The translations under genes were made by a program, and so were the position numbers. Source: Candidatus Latescibacterota bacterium (GTDB taxonomy: Bacteria; Latescibacterota; UBA2968; UBA8231). Taken from it: a stretch of DNA of 64,000 nt. The notes beneath the pieces were generated by a model that worked only from the letters and a program-made list of their open reading frames with translations, was not told where the DNA came from and did no database searches. The stretch lies in contig OZ220089.1 of assembly GCA_964291625.2 (NCBI GenBank), positions 1,504,001 to 1,568,000 of the forward strand. The letters are read 5' to 3'. This document shows positions 42,094 to 52,368 of this stretch, piece by piece (position 1 is the first letter of the stretch; each line of letters starts with the position of its first letter).

Positions 42094-43629
42094 ATGGGAC
42101 GCATTCCCAACCTGACTCTGATCCTCCTGCTCGCGGCCACCTTCTGGAGCCAGGCGGGAGCGGATGCCCGCGAGATGATGCGGCGCACCTACGCTCGCAG
42201 CGCTCCCGCCGAGTCGGGAAGCCGCCTGCGGCTCGAAGCCCACAACGCCGACATCACCATCACCGGCACCGGCGGCGACTCGCTGGCCGCGGAGGCCGTG
42301 GTCGAGATCAGCGGCGGCGACTCGGCGGCCGTGGAGGAGTACCTCCAGGCCGTGACCCTGGTCCTGGAGAGCGACGGAGACGGGTTCTACGCCCGCCTCG
42401 ACACGCCGGAACGGCCCGAGGGCGAGGTCACGACGGCCGTCGGCTTCCTGCGCGGGATGTTCTACGAGGACGGGGGAGCCAACCTCGGTCTGTCCATCTC
42501 CACGCGGCTGCGGGTGCGCGTGCCCCCGCGCTGTTCCGTCGATCTCTTCAACCGCTACGGCGACGTGCGCGTCGAAGGCCTCGACGGGGAGCTGAGCCTC
42601 GACAACAACTCCGGGGGCGTGGAGGTCCTCAACGCCGGCGGCTCCCTGTCGGCGGCCAACGACTACGGCGAGGTGGGGGTGCACGGTTTCCGCGGACCCG
42701 TGACCGTGAGGGGCAACAGCACCGAGGTCACCCTCTCGGAGGTGGACGGCGCGGTGAACGTCAGCACGTCCTACAAGGGGGTGCGCCTGGAGGGGGTGCG
42801 GGGACAGGTGACGGTGCAGAGCCTCAGCGGGGAGGTCACCGGCCGCGGCATCGAGGGCGACTGCACGGTGCGCAACTCCTACAAGAGGGTGGACCTCGAG
42901 GAGGTCTCCGGCTCCCTTAAGGTCGTCAGCCAGAGCGGCAGCGTGCGCCTGGACGGCGTCGGCGGCAACGCCTCGATCGAGTCGAGCTACAAGCCGGTCC
43001 GCGTCTCCCGCGTCGGCGGCGGACTCACCGTCAGCGCCAACTCCAGCGAGGTGGAGGTGGACCGGGTCGAAGGCGATGCCGCCATCGTCACCTCGTACAA
43101 GCCGATCCGGGTCGAGGACGTGAGCGGGAACCTCACCGTGAGCGGCACCTCGTCGGACGTGACGGTCGAGTCCGTGGAGGGCGACGCCGCCATCGTCACC
43201 TCGTACAAGTCGATCCGGGTCGAGGACGTGAACGGGAACCTCACCGTGAGCGGCACCTCGTCCAGCGTGACCGTCGGGTCCGTGGACGGCGACGTGACGG
43301 TGACCAACTCCTACAAGCCCGTCACCATCAAGGGCGCCTCGGGCTCGATCACCGTGCGCGGCCAGCACAGCCCCATCGAGGTCTCGCAGATCCCGCGCCG
43401 GACGCAGGGCGGAAGGATCACGCTGGCCACCTCCGGGAAGCCGGTCACCCTCGCCCTTCCCTCCGGCACCGGGTTCAACGCCTCCCTGCGGACGCGCCAC
43501 GGACGGATCCAGTCCGACTTTCCGGCGGCCACCCGCGGCGACCAGCGCAGCGCCCGGCTCACGGTCGGCGACGGTTCCGTGAAGATCAGCATCGACGCCG
43601 GCCAGGACATCAACCTGCGGCGGGAGTGA
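42094..43629 (+). CDS. Secreted DUF4097 (Toastrack) beta-solenoid protein
   Basis: Signal peptide; SYK repeats; 108-bp tandem duplication at ~43066-43290. Confidence 0.85.
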   Translation: MGRIPNLTLILLLAATFWSQAGADAREMMRRTYARSAPAESGSRLRLEAHNADITITGTGGDSLAAEAVVEISGGDSAAVEEYLQAVTLVLESDGDGFYARLDTPERPEGEVTTAVGFLRGMFYEDGGANLGLSISTRLRVRVPPRCSVDLFNRYGDVRVEGLDGELSLDNNSGGVEVLNAGGSLSAANDYGEVGVHGFRGPVTVRGNSTEVTLSEVDGAVNVSTSYKGVRLEGVRGQVTVQSLSGEVTGRGIEGDCTVRNSYKRVDLEEVSGSLKVVSQSGSVRLDGVGGNASIESSYKPVRVSRVGGGLTVSANSSEVEVDRVEGDAAIVTSYKPIRVEDVSGNLTVSGTSSDVTVESVEGDAAIVTSYKSIRVEDVNGNLTVSGTSSSVTVGSVDGDVTVTNSYKPVTIKGASGSITVRGQHSPIEVSQIPRRTQGGRITLATSGKPVTLALPSGTGFNASLRTRHGRIQSDFPAATRGDQRSARLTVGDGSVKISIDAGQDINLRRE

Positions 43630-43838
43630 GGCGAGCCCATTGCCTGGAGCGGCGACGCACCGCCCGGGGCGCCGAGCCTACGCAGGAAGACCGATCCTGC
43701 ATGTTGGCCGGACTCTTCACCGAACATCCCGCATGATACCGAGCATGTCCTCTGCGAGCTGAGTCAGGACCTCAGCCGCGGGATCCTCCGAAACCGGCAT
43801 GCAGTCGGCGGGTCCGCTGATCTGCACATGATAGTCTG

Positions 43839-44858
43839 TCAACACGTTGGATCCGCGGATCGGGTTCCGCTCTGGACAGGAACGTTGAGTCTCATGGCCG
43901 AGAAGTCCCCCGCCAGTTCCAGGTCACCCTCAATGGTGTTGCTCACTTCAAACTCCGTCAGCTCACCGTCAGGAGTCCTCGCTCCATCCCGGTTGAGAAG
44001 ATCACCTCCACCAAATTCAACTGTTGCCTTGCGGGAGGTCTGAACCTGGCCCCCCATCACCAAGGAAGTGCGAGACTCCCGACTCCTGACAGCGAAGGCC
44101 ACGAACTCACCATCGGACAGCAAGACCGCTGTCAAGTCAGATCCTCGGAATATGGCTGGCATGCCATGGTAGTCCGTGTGCAGAGGGGGAATCTGGCATG
44201 GAACACCCTGAACCGTCCAGCTGCCATCCGAGTTCCTGGCAGCCGCGAAACGGGTGTCAAAGACATCGTCTTCTCTTATGTCATATTGTACACAGAAGTC
44301 ACCGAGACCTGTTATCGTGACCTGGCCACCAAAGACTTCCTGCGTAATGGGCTTGTCGCTCTTTCTGCACGAGCTTCCATCGGGCTTGACTGAGAACCTG
44401 ACCTGATAGGCCCCGGCTGGATAGCTGCAGCTCTCTCCTGGCCGCACCTCCATACCAACCTGACATGCTCCCAGGTCAATGGGCGGCTCGGTGACCGTTA
44501 CCTTGAAGATGACAGACGCCGATTGCGCGTTTGCCTGCCCGCTTGAGTCTGTGGCGTACACAGTGCAGGAGGTTGTCCCCACCCCCATGGCCGTGATGGT
44601 GATGGTCTTGTCCTCTATGGAGGACTGAGCAATCCCTCGGTCCTCGCAAGTGGCACTGATCGTATGCACGTCGACCACGTCCTCGTCCTCTATCCGGACT
44701 CTGACGGTCATGGTATCGCCGTCTTCCAGCGTCCGGTCGGAAATCTCCTCGACGACGGGTTGGGCGTTGCGCGGCACGGCGGCTGGATTGTCCCCGCCGC
44801 AACCTGCTTGGATGAGAGCGAACAGTGCAGCGGCAATGAGAACGACCAGATGCTTCAT
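43839..44858 (-). CDS. Lipoprotein with cadherin/Ig-like domain (lower GC)
   Basis: Lipobox IQAGC; N..PV....DRT; T...VYATD; C.VG..V.PGESC. Confidence 0.7.
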   Translation of the reverse strand: MKHLVVLIAAALFALIQAGCGGDNPAAVPRNAQPVVEEISDRTLEDGDTMTVRVRIEDEDVVDVHTISATCEDRGIAQSSIEDKTITITAMGVGTTSCTVYATDSSGQANAQSASVIFKVTVTEPPIDLGACQVGMEVRPGESCSYPAGAYQVRFSVKPDGSSCRKSDKPITQEVFGGQVTITGLGDFCVQYDIREDDVFDTRFAAARNSDGSWTVQGVPCQIPPLHTDYHGMPAIFRGSDLTAVLLSDGEFVAFAVRSRESRTSLVMGGQVQTSRKATVEFGGGDLLNRDGARTPDGELTEFEVSNTIEGDLELAGDFSAMRLNVPVQSGTRSADPTC

Positions 44859-45536
44859 TTCCGTTCCTCCCTCAAGGATCCGCCAACGGAGCTTCCCTCC
44901 AAGGGGGCAAGGTTACGCTCCAAGAGGACAGGGAGTGTCCGTTTCTGGAGGGGGCAGCCACGCCGGCGCCGGACGCCGTGGGCGATGGAAGCCGGACTGT
45001 GGCGCAACGTCACCCGCGAGCCGTCAGCAGTGGCCCCTGTCCGGCTATCCGGCGGTGGAAATGCTGACGCGGAGCTGGCAGGTCGACGAGAGCGGCGGAC
45101 CTGGTTCCGGGGCTGGGTCGCAGGCCCTGGCCGCCTGGAGCCGGGGGGGGTCGACCGGCCGCTGACCCTCGACGGCGAGCCGATGCATAGCAGCTGCTGG
45201 GAGAGCGGACGCAGGAGAAGACCTGGCTCGCCGCCAGCCTGGCCCGGACCGTGGGGGCCTTCGTCATGACGCCGGCCGACCGGATCGACGGTCTGGACGC
45301 GGAAACCTTCGTGCTCCGTCTACCGCGCCGCCCTGGGCCGCGACCCCTCCCCGACGATCTGCGCATCCGTGTGCGGGAGCTGGCCGCCGGCAAGGGGAGG
45401 GCCGCCCTCATCGAGGAGGTCCAAGGCTCGGACGAGGCGCGCCGGCGCCGGATCGGCGAGGTCCTCGGAAGAGCCGCGGAGATCGCCGAGAGCCCTGAGC
45501 CAGGTTCGTGGCTCGCGGGGCCGGCCGCCTGAGCCG

Positions 45537-46361
45537 CTACGGCTCCAGGTCCTCCACCCGGACCGACTGCTTCCACTGGTCGTAGTCGGCGGTCATCGCC
45601 TCCGACCAGGCCCGGTCGACCTCGCCCGGGGTGTAGACGCCCTCGCGGATGCGCATCTTGCCGAAGTAGTCGCGCATGCGCGTCTCCTCCGACTTCTCCA
45701 CGACCTCCGCCGCCAGCTTCGGCGGCACGAAGACGATCCCCGAGGGCGTGCCCAGCACCACGTCGCCGGGCATGACCGTGGCCTCGCCGATGCGCACGGG
45801 GCCGTTGATCTCGGCCAGGGTCACGTCGCCGATGGCGGTGGGGTGGACGTCGCGGCAGAACACGTTCATCGGCAGCTGGGCCACGCGCTGGGCGTCGCGG
45901 ATCGAGCCGTCCACCACCAGCCCGGTGCCCCCGGTGCGGGTGGCGATGGCGGTGCCGAGGTTGTCGCCGATGAAGGTGCCGCGCTCGATCTTGCCGAAGA
46001 GCTCGACGACGAGGACGTCGTTGTTCTCCAGGGTGTCGATGACCCACGAGTTCTGGCCGCCCACGCGCTCCTTCTCCTTGCCCTCCTCCTCCACCAGGGC
46101 GTGCAGGTCGGGGCGCTGCGGCACGTAGCGGCAGGTGACGGCGCGGCCCACGAGGATCCGCTCCGGGTGCAGGTTCATCCAGCCGCCGTCGTACTGCAGC
46201 CGGAACTCGTGGCCCATGAGCACGCCCCAGGCCTCCTCGGTGGTCACCCTCTTCATGCGCTCCAGGATGTCGTCGGGCACCAGGGGCCGGCCGAAGCGGT
46301 CCCTGGGCAGGTCGCAGTCACGGGTGAGCTCGGCGTTGCGGTCCGGGCAGTTCAGTTCCAT
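45537..46361 (-). CDS. RraA-like / HMG-aldolase family protein
   Basis: VGRAVT, GDNL, VVDGSIRD, VMPGDVVLG..SG. Confidence 0.85.
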   Translation of the reverse strand: MELNCPDRNAELTRDCDLPRDRFGRPLVPDDILERMKRVTTEEAWGVLMGHEFRLQYDGGWMNLHPERILVGRAVTCRYVPQRPDLHALVEEEGKEKERVGGQNSWVIDTLENNDVLVVELFGKIERGTFIGDNLGTAIATRTGGTGLVVDGSIRDAQRVAQLPMNVFCRDVHPTAIGDVTLAEINGPVRIGEATVMPGDVVLGTPSGIVFVPPKLAAEVVEKSEETRMRDYFGKMRIREGVYTPGEVDRAWSEAMTADYDQWKQSVRVEDLEP

Positions 46362-46533
46362 CCATCGCCTCGTTTCGTCTTGATGGGGTTCACGGATCTA
46401 GCGATAGAATAGACACGATCCGCCTCCCGGGGCACGGCCCCGCCCCGCCGCCGCCGTCGCCCGGATCTCCCGCATCGCCTAAGATTCCCGCCCCCCGCGC
46501 CCACCGGCGCCACCTCTTACGCGAGAGACCCAC

Positions 46534-48015
46534 GTGAGCGAACGGCCCAACCTCCTCTACCTGCACTCCGACCAGCACAGCCCCTTCGTGGCCGGCTGCT
46601 ACGGCGACGAGCTGGTCCGCACCCCCCACCTCGACCGCCTCGCCTCCCGGGGCGTCGTCCTCGACGCCTGCTACTGCCCCTCTCCCCTGTGCGTGCCGTC
46701 GCGCATGTCCGCCCTCACCGGCCGCCACCCCTTCGAGAACCGGGTCTGGACCAACAGCCACGTCCTCGACTCCGCCATCCCCACCCTGGCCCACTCCATG
46801 GGCGCCGGCGGCCTCCGCCCGGCCCTGATCGGCCGCATGCACGCCCTCGGCCCCGACCAGCTCCACGGCTACGCCGAGCGCCTCGTGGGCGACCACGGCC
46901 CCAACCACCTCGGCGGGCGCGGCGTCGACCACGGCGAGCTGACCGGCACGGCGGGTCCGGCGCGGGTCAGCCTGGTCAAATCGGGGCCGGGCCAGAGCGC
47001 CTACCAGGTCCACGACGAGGACGTGACGGACCACGCCGTGGACTGGCTGAACCGCCTCGGGGAGCGCCGCCGGGCGGGGGAGGACGAGCCTTTCTCCCTC
47101 TCCGTGGGCTTCATGCTGCCCCATCAGCCCTTCGTCGCCCGGGCCGAGGACTACGCCCGGTACGAGGGCCGCATGACCTTGCCGCGGACGCCCGAACCGT
47201 TCTCCGACGCCCTGCACCCGCACCTGCGGGCCTGGCGCCGGGCCTGCGGCATCGAGGAGGTGACGGAGGAGGAAGTCCTGCGGGCGCGCACCGCCTACTG
47301 GGCCCTGGTGACCCGGCTCGACCACATGATCGGCCGCATCCTCCAGGCCCTGGAGGCCGCCGGCCTGGCGGAGAGCACCCTCGTCCTCTACACCTCCGAC
47401 CACGGCGAGCAGGTGGGCGAGCACGGCCTGTGGTGGAAGCAGACCTTCTACGAGGACTCGGTGCGGGTGCCGGCGGTCCTGTCGTGGCCCGGGCGGCTGC
47501 CCGAGGGCGAGCGCTGCGGCCGGGTGACCAGCAGCCTGGACCTGAACGCCACCATGCTCGACGCCCTGGAGTGCCCGCCCCTGCCCCACTCCCGGGGCCG
47601 CAGCCTGCTGCCGCTGCTGCGGGCGCCGGGGACGGCGGAGTGGGAGGACGTCGCCTTCAGCGAGTTCTGCCTGGACGAAGCGGGGGCCGCCGGACCCGTG
47701 GCGGGGGAGGTGGTGCAGCGGATGGTCCGCCGCGGGCCGTGGAAGCTGAACTACTACGACGGCCAGCCCAGCCAGCTCTTCCACCTGGAGGAGGACCCCC
47801 GCGAGACCCGCGACCGCGCCGCGGACCCGGCCTGCGCCGGGGTACGGGCCGAGCTGGAGCGCCTGGTGCTCGACGGCTGGGACCCGGCGTGGGTGCGGGA
47901 GCAGCTGGCGCGGAGGCGGGCCGAGGGGCGGGTGCTGGCCGAGTGGGGGCGGCGGGTGCAGCCGCCGGACGTGTGCCGGTGGGACCTGCGGCCGGAGATG
48001 GACTACCTGGATTGA
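46534..48015 (+). CDS. Sulfatase (choline-sulfatase-like)
   Basis: PNLL...SDQH, TPHLD.LA, CVPSR formylglycine motif, TSDHGE. Confidence 0.93.
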   Translation: MSERPNLLYLHSDQHSPFVAGCYGDELVRTPHLDRLASRGVVLDACYCPSPLCVPSRMSALTGRHPFENRVWTNSHVLDSAIPTLAHSMGAGGLRPALIGRMHALGPDQLHGYAERLVGDHGPNHLGGRGVDHGELTGTAGPARVSLVKSGPGQSAYQVHDEDVTDHAVDWLNRLGERRRAGEDEPFSLSVGFMLPHQPFVARAEDYARYEGRMTLPRTPEPFSDALHPHLRAWRRACGIEEVTEEEVLRARTAYWALVTRLDHMIGRILQALEAAGLAESTLVLYTSDHGEQVGEHGLWWKQTFYEDSVRVPAVLSWPGRLPEGERCGRVTSSLDLNATMLDALECPPLPHSRGRSLLPLLRAPGTAEWEDVAFSEFCLDEAGAAGPVAGEVVQRMVRRGPWKLNYYDGQPSQLFHLEEDPRETRDRAADPACAGVRAELERLVLDGWDPAWVREQLARRRAEGRVLAEWGRRVQPPDVCRWDLRPEMDYLD

Positions 48016-48060
48016 GGCGATAGATGAATGCTCACAGACAGGCCGAGCTAGTCTGTTGCC

Positions 48061-49350
48061 ATGGAGCAAGAGGGTCCCTCAATCGCGGAGGAGGTCGTGA
48101 TGGCTCAGGAGTCTGGTAGGCCCCATGCGGTGCTCCGATTCTGGTCAAGAGTCGTACGAAGAGTTGACACCATTCCTGTCTTTCGAGCGATCTTGGTTGG
48201 ACTTCTACTTCTCCTGGGCATTGTGTTTCTCACTGTAATGTGCTCAGACAATCCTTCGTGGGCTCTCGACCTCCTGGGAACCAAGGAACTGGAGAGATCC
48301 AAGTACGAGACTCTGAAGTTCCTGGGACTAGCTATGGGCGGCATCTTGGTAGCGCTACAGGCACTGATGTCATACAGACGCGCCAACGCAATGGAGGATA
48401 GAGTTTCGACTTCTGAACAGGGCCAGCAGCACGAACGCCTAAAGAATGCGATTGAGCATTTGGGCAACAAGAAGCAGTCTGTGCGATTGGGCGGAGCCTA
48501 CGAGCTCTTCCATCTGGCAAAGGAAGGTGAAGAGCTGAATGACATGGTGCTTGATATCCTATGTGCACACATTCGGAGAACGACAGCCAAGCGAAAGTAC
48601 CAGAGAAGGTACCGCACAAATCCCTCTGAGGAGATTCAGAGCCTCCTGAGGCTTGTATTCGTGCAGGACTACGAACCCTTGGACAGCTCCTACGCCGACC
48701 TGCAGGGCGCTTGGCTGAATGGTGCCCAGCTTGGGGGAGCACGGTTGCACGGGGCTGATCTTGAAAGTGCGTACCTAAAAGGTGCAAATCTTGTCCAAGC
48801 AAGTCTGCAAGGAGCTTCCCTTGACAAGGCGCAACTGCAAATGGCTTTCCTTGTCCGCGCACACCTCGAAGGGGTGTCCTTTGAACAAGCAAACCTCCAG
48901 GGAGCATACCTTGACTGTGCACATCTCCAAGGAGCTTCCCTTGTCGAAGCACAAGTCCAGGGGGCCTCTGTCGGTGAAGCAGACCTAAGAGGGGTACGAA
49001 GCAATGATCCGCCGGTCGACTACAGTGAAATTGCTAGAGAAGTGACGGCTTCCAGCGGCTTCCAAGAAGTGATGAGGGATTCGATCGGACTCAAGACTGA
49101 TGTATCAGGAGCAGTGCTGAATGGCGGCTTGAGCAAGAGTGCCATAGAGTCTTCCACTGAGAACCTGTCAGAGGACACAGCAAAGGAGTTGCGGAAACTA
49201 CTCAAGCCGCACATTGCTATGCCAGATAGCGCTGAACTTCCCGAAGACAGCTCTGTTCGTGTCGGAACCTACAATAGGGCAGAAGCCGATGAGTGGATTA
49301 CCGCATACGAACGCCAAGTGGACGAGAGGCATGGGCATCCAGCAAGCTGA
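48061..49350 (+). CDS. Membrane-anchored pentapeptide-repeat protein (low GC insert)
   Basis: Two TMs; RLGGAY.L, ILCAHIR; A.L.GA.L repeats. Confidence 0.88.
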   Translation: MEQEGPSIAEEVVMAQESGRPHAVLRFWSRVVRRVDTIPVFRAILVGLLLLLGIVFLTVMCSDNPSWALDLLGTKELERSKYETLKFLGLAMGGILVALQALMSYRRANAMEDRVSTSEQGQQHERLKNAIEHLGNKKQSVRLGGAYELFHLAKEGEELNDMVLDILCAHIRRTTAKRKYQRRYRTNPSEEIQSLLRLVFVQDYEPLDSSYADLQGAWLNGAQLGGARLHGADLESAYLKGANLVQASLQGASLDKAQLQMAFLVRAHLEGVSFEQANLQGAYLDCAHLQGASLVEAQVQGASVGEADLRGVRSNDPPVDYSEIAREVTASSGFQEVMRDSIGLKTDVSGAVLNGGLSKSAIESSTENLSEDTAKELRKLLKPHIAMPDSAELPEDSSVRVGTYNRAEADEWITAYERQVDERHGHPAS

Positions 49351-49442
49351 GACGACTCCGCCACTTCCCCCTCGCTCCGCTGCCCCGTTTTTCTGAATCC
49401 GCCACTCTCCCCTTGGGGACTCCCTAAACGTCGGAAGGAAGG

Positions 49443-50078
49443 ATGCCAATCGAAGTCTTCGACTACCGCCGCGACGTGCGCAACATCTTCGTCTCCTCGC
49501 AGATGCGCTCGCGATTCCTGCGCATGGAGCCGGGACAGCAGGCGGACCTGCACAGCCACGACCTGGGCCACGAGATCTTCCTCATCCTGCAGGGGAGGGC
49601 GCGGTTCGAGATCTCGGGAGAGGTGGCCGATCTCGGGCCGGGGCAGGCCTGCTTCGCCCTGGCCCACGAGCCCCACCGGGTCAGCGTGATCGGCGACGAG
49701 CCGATGACCATGTATCTCTCGGTGACGCCGCACGTGCAGCCCACGCACACGGGGCGCACCGAGGACGGGGAACGGCTGCCCGTCCGCTTCCAGCCGTCAT
49801 CCGCCTACGACGTGGAGGAGGACCCGGCCCCGGCGGAGGAACTGCTGGAGGGCTTCGTCGGCCTGGCGGAGGAACTGGCCTCGGCGGCTGCCACCGCGGC
49901 CGGGGAGCAGCGCGAGGCGGGGGCCCGCCTGCGGGAGGCTCTCGCCGCCGGCGACGAGGAAGCCGCCGGACGCCACCGCGAGGCGATGTGGCTCGCCCTG
50001 CGCGGCGTGGTCGACAAGCTCCACGAGACCGCCGAGCAGTGGAACCGGCTGGCGCCGCGGGCGGGGAAGACCGGATGA
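49443..50078 (+). CDS. Cupin-domain protein
   Basis: HSHD..HE.F..L.G ... EPH. Confidence 0.8.
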   Translation: MPIEVFDYRRDVRNIFVSSQMRSRFLRMEPGQQADLHSHDLGHEIFLILQGRARFEISGEVADLGPGQACFALAHEPHRVSVIGDEPMTMYLSVTPHVQPTHTGRTEDGERLPVRFQPSSAYDVEEDPAPAEELLEGFVGLAEELASAAATAAGEQREAGARLREALAAGDEEAAGRHREAMWLALRGVVDKLHETAEQWNRLAPRAGKTG

Positions 50079-51154
50079 GCGCGGCTCCCCGGCTGCGGAT
50101 CGGTGTCGTCGGCTGCGGCGCCGTGGCCCAGGTGCAGCACCTGCCCAACCTCGCCTTCCTGCGCGAGGAGTTCGAGATCGCCGGCCTCTGCGACCTGTCC
50201 GCGACGCTGGCGCGCTCCGCCGCCGAGGAGTACCGCGTCCCCGACTGGTTCACGGACCTGCGCGACCTGCTGGCCGCCGATCCCGACGCCGTCCTGCTGT
50301 GCCAGTCCGACCCCAAGGTGAGCGCCGCCCTCCAGGTGCTGGAGTCCGGCCGCCACCTGCTCCTCGAGAAGCCGGTGGCCTTCGTCCCCGAGGACGTGGA
50401 CCGCATGGCCAGCGCCGCCGCCGACGCCGGGGTCGTGGCCCAGGCGGCGTACATGAAGCTCTACGATCCCGCCTTCCGCCTGCTGGAGCGCGAGGTCGGG
50501 GCCATGGGGCCGGAGCCGCGCTTCGCCCAGGTGAACCACCTGCACACGGACAACCGCCATCACCTCGCCCACTTCCGGCTGCGGCGCGCCGACGACCTGC
50601 CGGACTCGGCCCTCCGAGAGACGACCGCCACCCGCAACGCCGACGCCGCCCGCGCCCTCGGCGACGTCCCCGGCCACGTGCGCTCCGCCTTCTTCCACCT
50701 CGCCGGCAGCATGATCCACGACCTCTACGGACTGCGCTACCTCTTCGGGCCGCCGGAACGCGTGGCCGCCACGGAGATCTGGGACGGCGGGCTGGGGATC
50801 AGCACGATCCTCAGGTGGTCCGGCGGCCTGCGCTGCGCCGCCACCTGGGTCGAGCTGGAGCGCATCCGCCACTTCCGCGAGACCCTGGAGGTCTACGGTC
50901 CGGACCGAGGCGTGATCCTCTCCTACCCGACGGGGTTCTCGCGGGGGCAGTTGAGCGAGGTGGTGATCCGCGGGGTCTCGGAGGAGGGCGAGCCCTTCGA
51001 GCGCCGGCCCTCCGTCGACTGGGAAAGCCCCTTCGTCGCCGAGCTGCGCCACTTCCACGCCTGCGTGACCGAGGGGGAGGCCTGCCGCACGCCGCTGGCG
51101 GAGGCCCGCCACGACGTGCAGCTGGTGGTGGACATCGCCCGCACGGCTAACTGA
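50075..51154 (+). CDS. Gfo/Idh/MocA oxidoreductase
   Basis: IGVVGCG.VA, LLEKP, MIHD. Confidence 0.9.
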   Translation: MSAAPRLRIGVVGCGAVAQVQHLPNLAFLREEFEIAGLCDLSATLARSAAEEYRVPDWFTDLRDLLAADPDAVLLCQSDPKVSAALQVLESGRHLLLEKPVAFVPEDVDRMASAAADAGVVAQAAYMKLYDPAFRLLEREVGAMGPEPRFAQVNHLHTDNRHHLAHFRLRRADDLPDSALRETTATRNADAARALGDVPGHVRSAFFHLAGSMIHDLYGLRYLFGPPERVAATEIWDGGLGISTILRWSGGLRCAATWVELERIRHFRETLEVYGPDRGVILSYPTGFSRGQLSEVVIRGVSEEGEPFERRPSVDWESPFVAELRHFHACVTEGEACRTPLAEARHDVQLVVDIARTAN

Positions 51155-51169
51155 CCCCTCCGGCCTCCA

Positions 51170-51373
51170 CGCGTGGGGCCGCACCTCCAGGTCCAGACGA
51201 TCAGCCAGTTCGTCTTCGGCTAAATCCAACTCATAGCGGGCCAGACGCAGGGCCGTATCCGCGGAGATGCCTCGCTTGCCCAGGACGATCTCGTTGATAC
51301 GCCGGGGCGGCACTCCTATTGCGAGGGCCAGGCGGTTCTGGCTGAGGTCATCGGCTTGAGGAACTCCTTCAGC
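51170..51373 (-). pseudogene. higA: HigA antitoxin remnant
   Basis: EFLKPM/LSQNRLA.AIGVPPRRINEIV.GKR.ISADTALRLARY; FW..LQ segment missing; frameshift. Confidence 0.8.
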
Positions 51374-51384
51374 CCCCCAGCGCC

Positions 51385-51740
51385 ATGGCAAGGCTCCGTA
51401 CCCGGGGTGAGTCCGAGTGAGCAGGGCCAATCTCACTCCTCCCAGGAGGGCCGCCTGCATCCTGCGCGTCCCATCGACCACCTGCTCGATCCAGTAGAAC
51501 GCCCACTGCAGGAACGCATAGAACAGGGACAGGGACAGGCGGCCGATGGGGAGCACGTGCTGGGTAGGCCAGAAGCAGAGGGCATAGGCCATTCCGGCGA
51601 TGAACCCGGCAGAGCGCGAACGGTACAGGCTGGCCGCCAAGGGTTACATAGCCGATGCCGGAAGACACGTGCGCGGTGCGCAGGACGACCTTCACTGACA
51701 GGAAGAAGTCGCCGAGGACCATATGGACGAGCCCCACGAG
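51385..51740 (-). pseudogene. Fragment of a polytopic membrane protein
   Basis: Hydrophobic helices in two frames, THPGYG; no start or stop context. Confidence 0.45.
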
Positions 51741-52368
51741 GCAGAAGAAGACTGGGCCGTAGGTCTGGAGGACGGGAGACCCCGTTCCGACGTAGACCGT
51801 CCAGACGGGGAGTTGGCTGTCCGCGATGGCCCGGGCAGCCTGCCAGGAAGAGGAAAGGTGAGCGGAGGCGTCAGCAGCCCAAGCGTCTTGTGTGGATCAG
51901 CGAAGCACTTCTGCAGGAAGTCCGTTAGAGCGTGGTGGAGAGCGCAGCATCCCCTAGGTGGGAAACCGAGACCTACCCACGCGGTTCCTGGTGGCACTAC
52001 CTACCCGATTCCGCTGCATGGACAGCGGCGGCTTTCCCTTGGAGGTCCGACCGTCAGAAAGGGGATCGAAGAAGAGGACACGGCCTTCTCACCTGAATCC
52101 TGCAACCAAGTCTTGTCGCACTTCGTGCGCGCAGCACATCATGATGCCGTTGGCGACCTCCTCCCACGGGAAAAGTCCCTGTTGTTCTCGTCATGGATGA
52201 TGGCGTGGCCAAACATCTCCAGCAGCGGCTTCGGCGCATCGTTGTCCGTCGGGTATTTCCGCAGATCGCTGCCGTAGCCATATCCTCCCGAGAGGGCACC
52301 TTTGTTGCACGGGCCTCCCATGTCGATCACGCCCAGTCTTCTCCCGAAAACCGCACGCCATGTCCCTA

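Noticed and set aside
44940-45532. Possible gene before the RraA-like gene
   Set aside because: Fragments in several frames with no recognisable family; probably a decayed remnant
51741-52365. Short ORFs between the membrane-protein fragment and IS630
   Set aside because: No recognisable motifs or RBS; left unannotated
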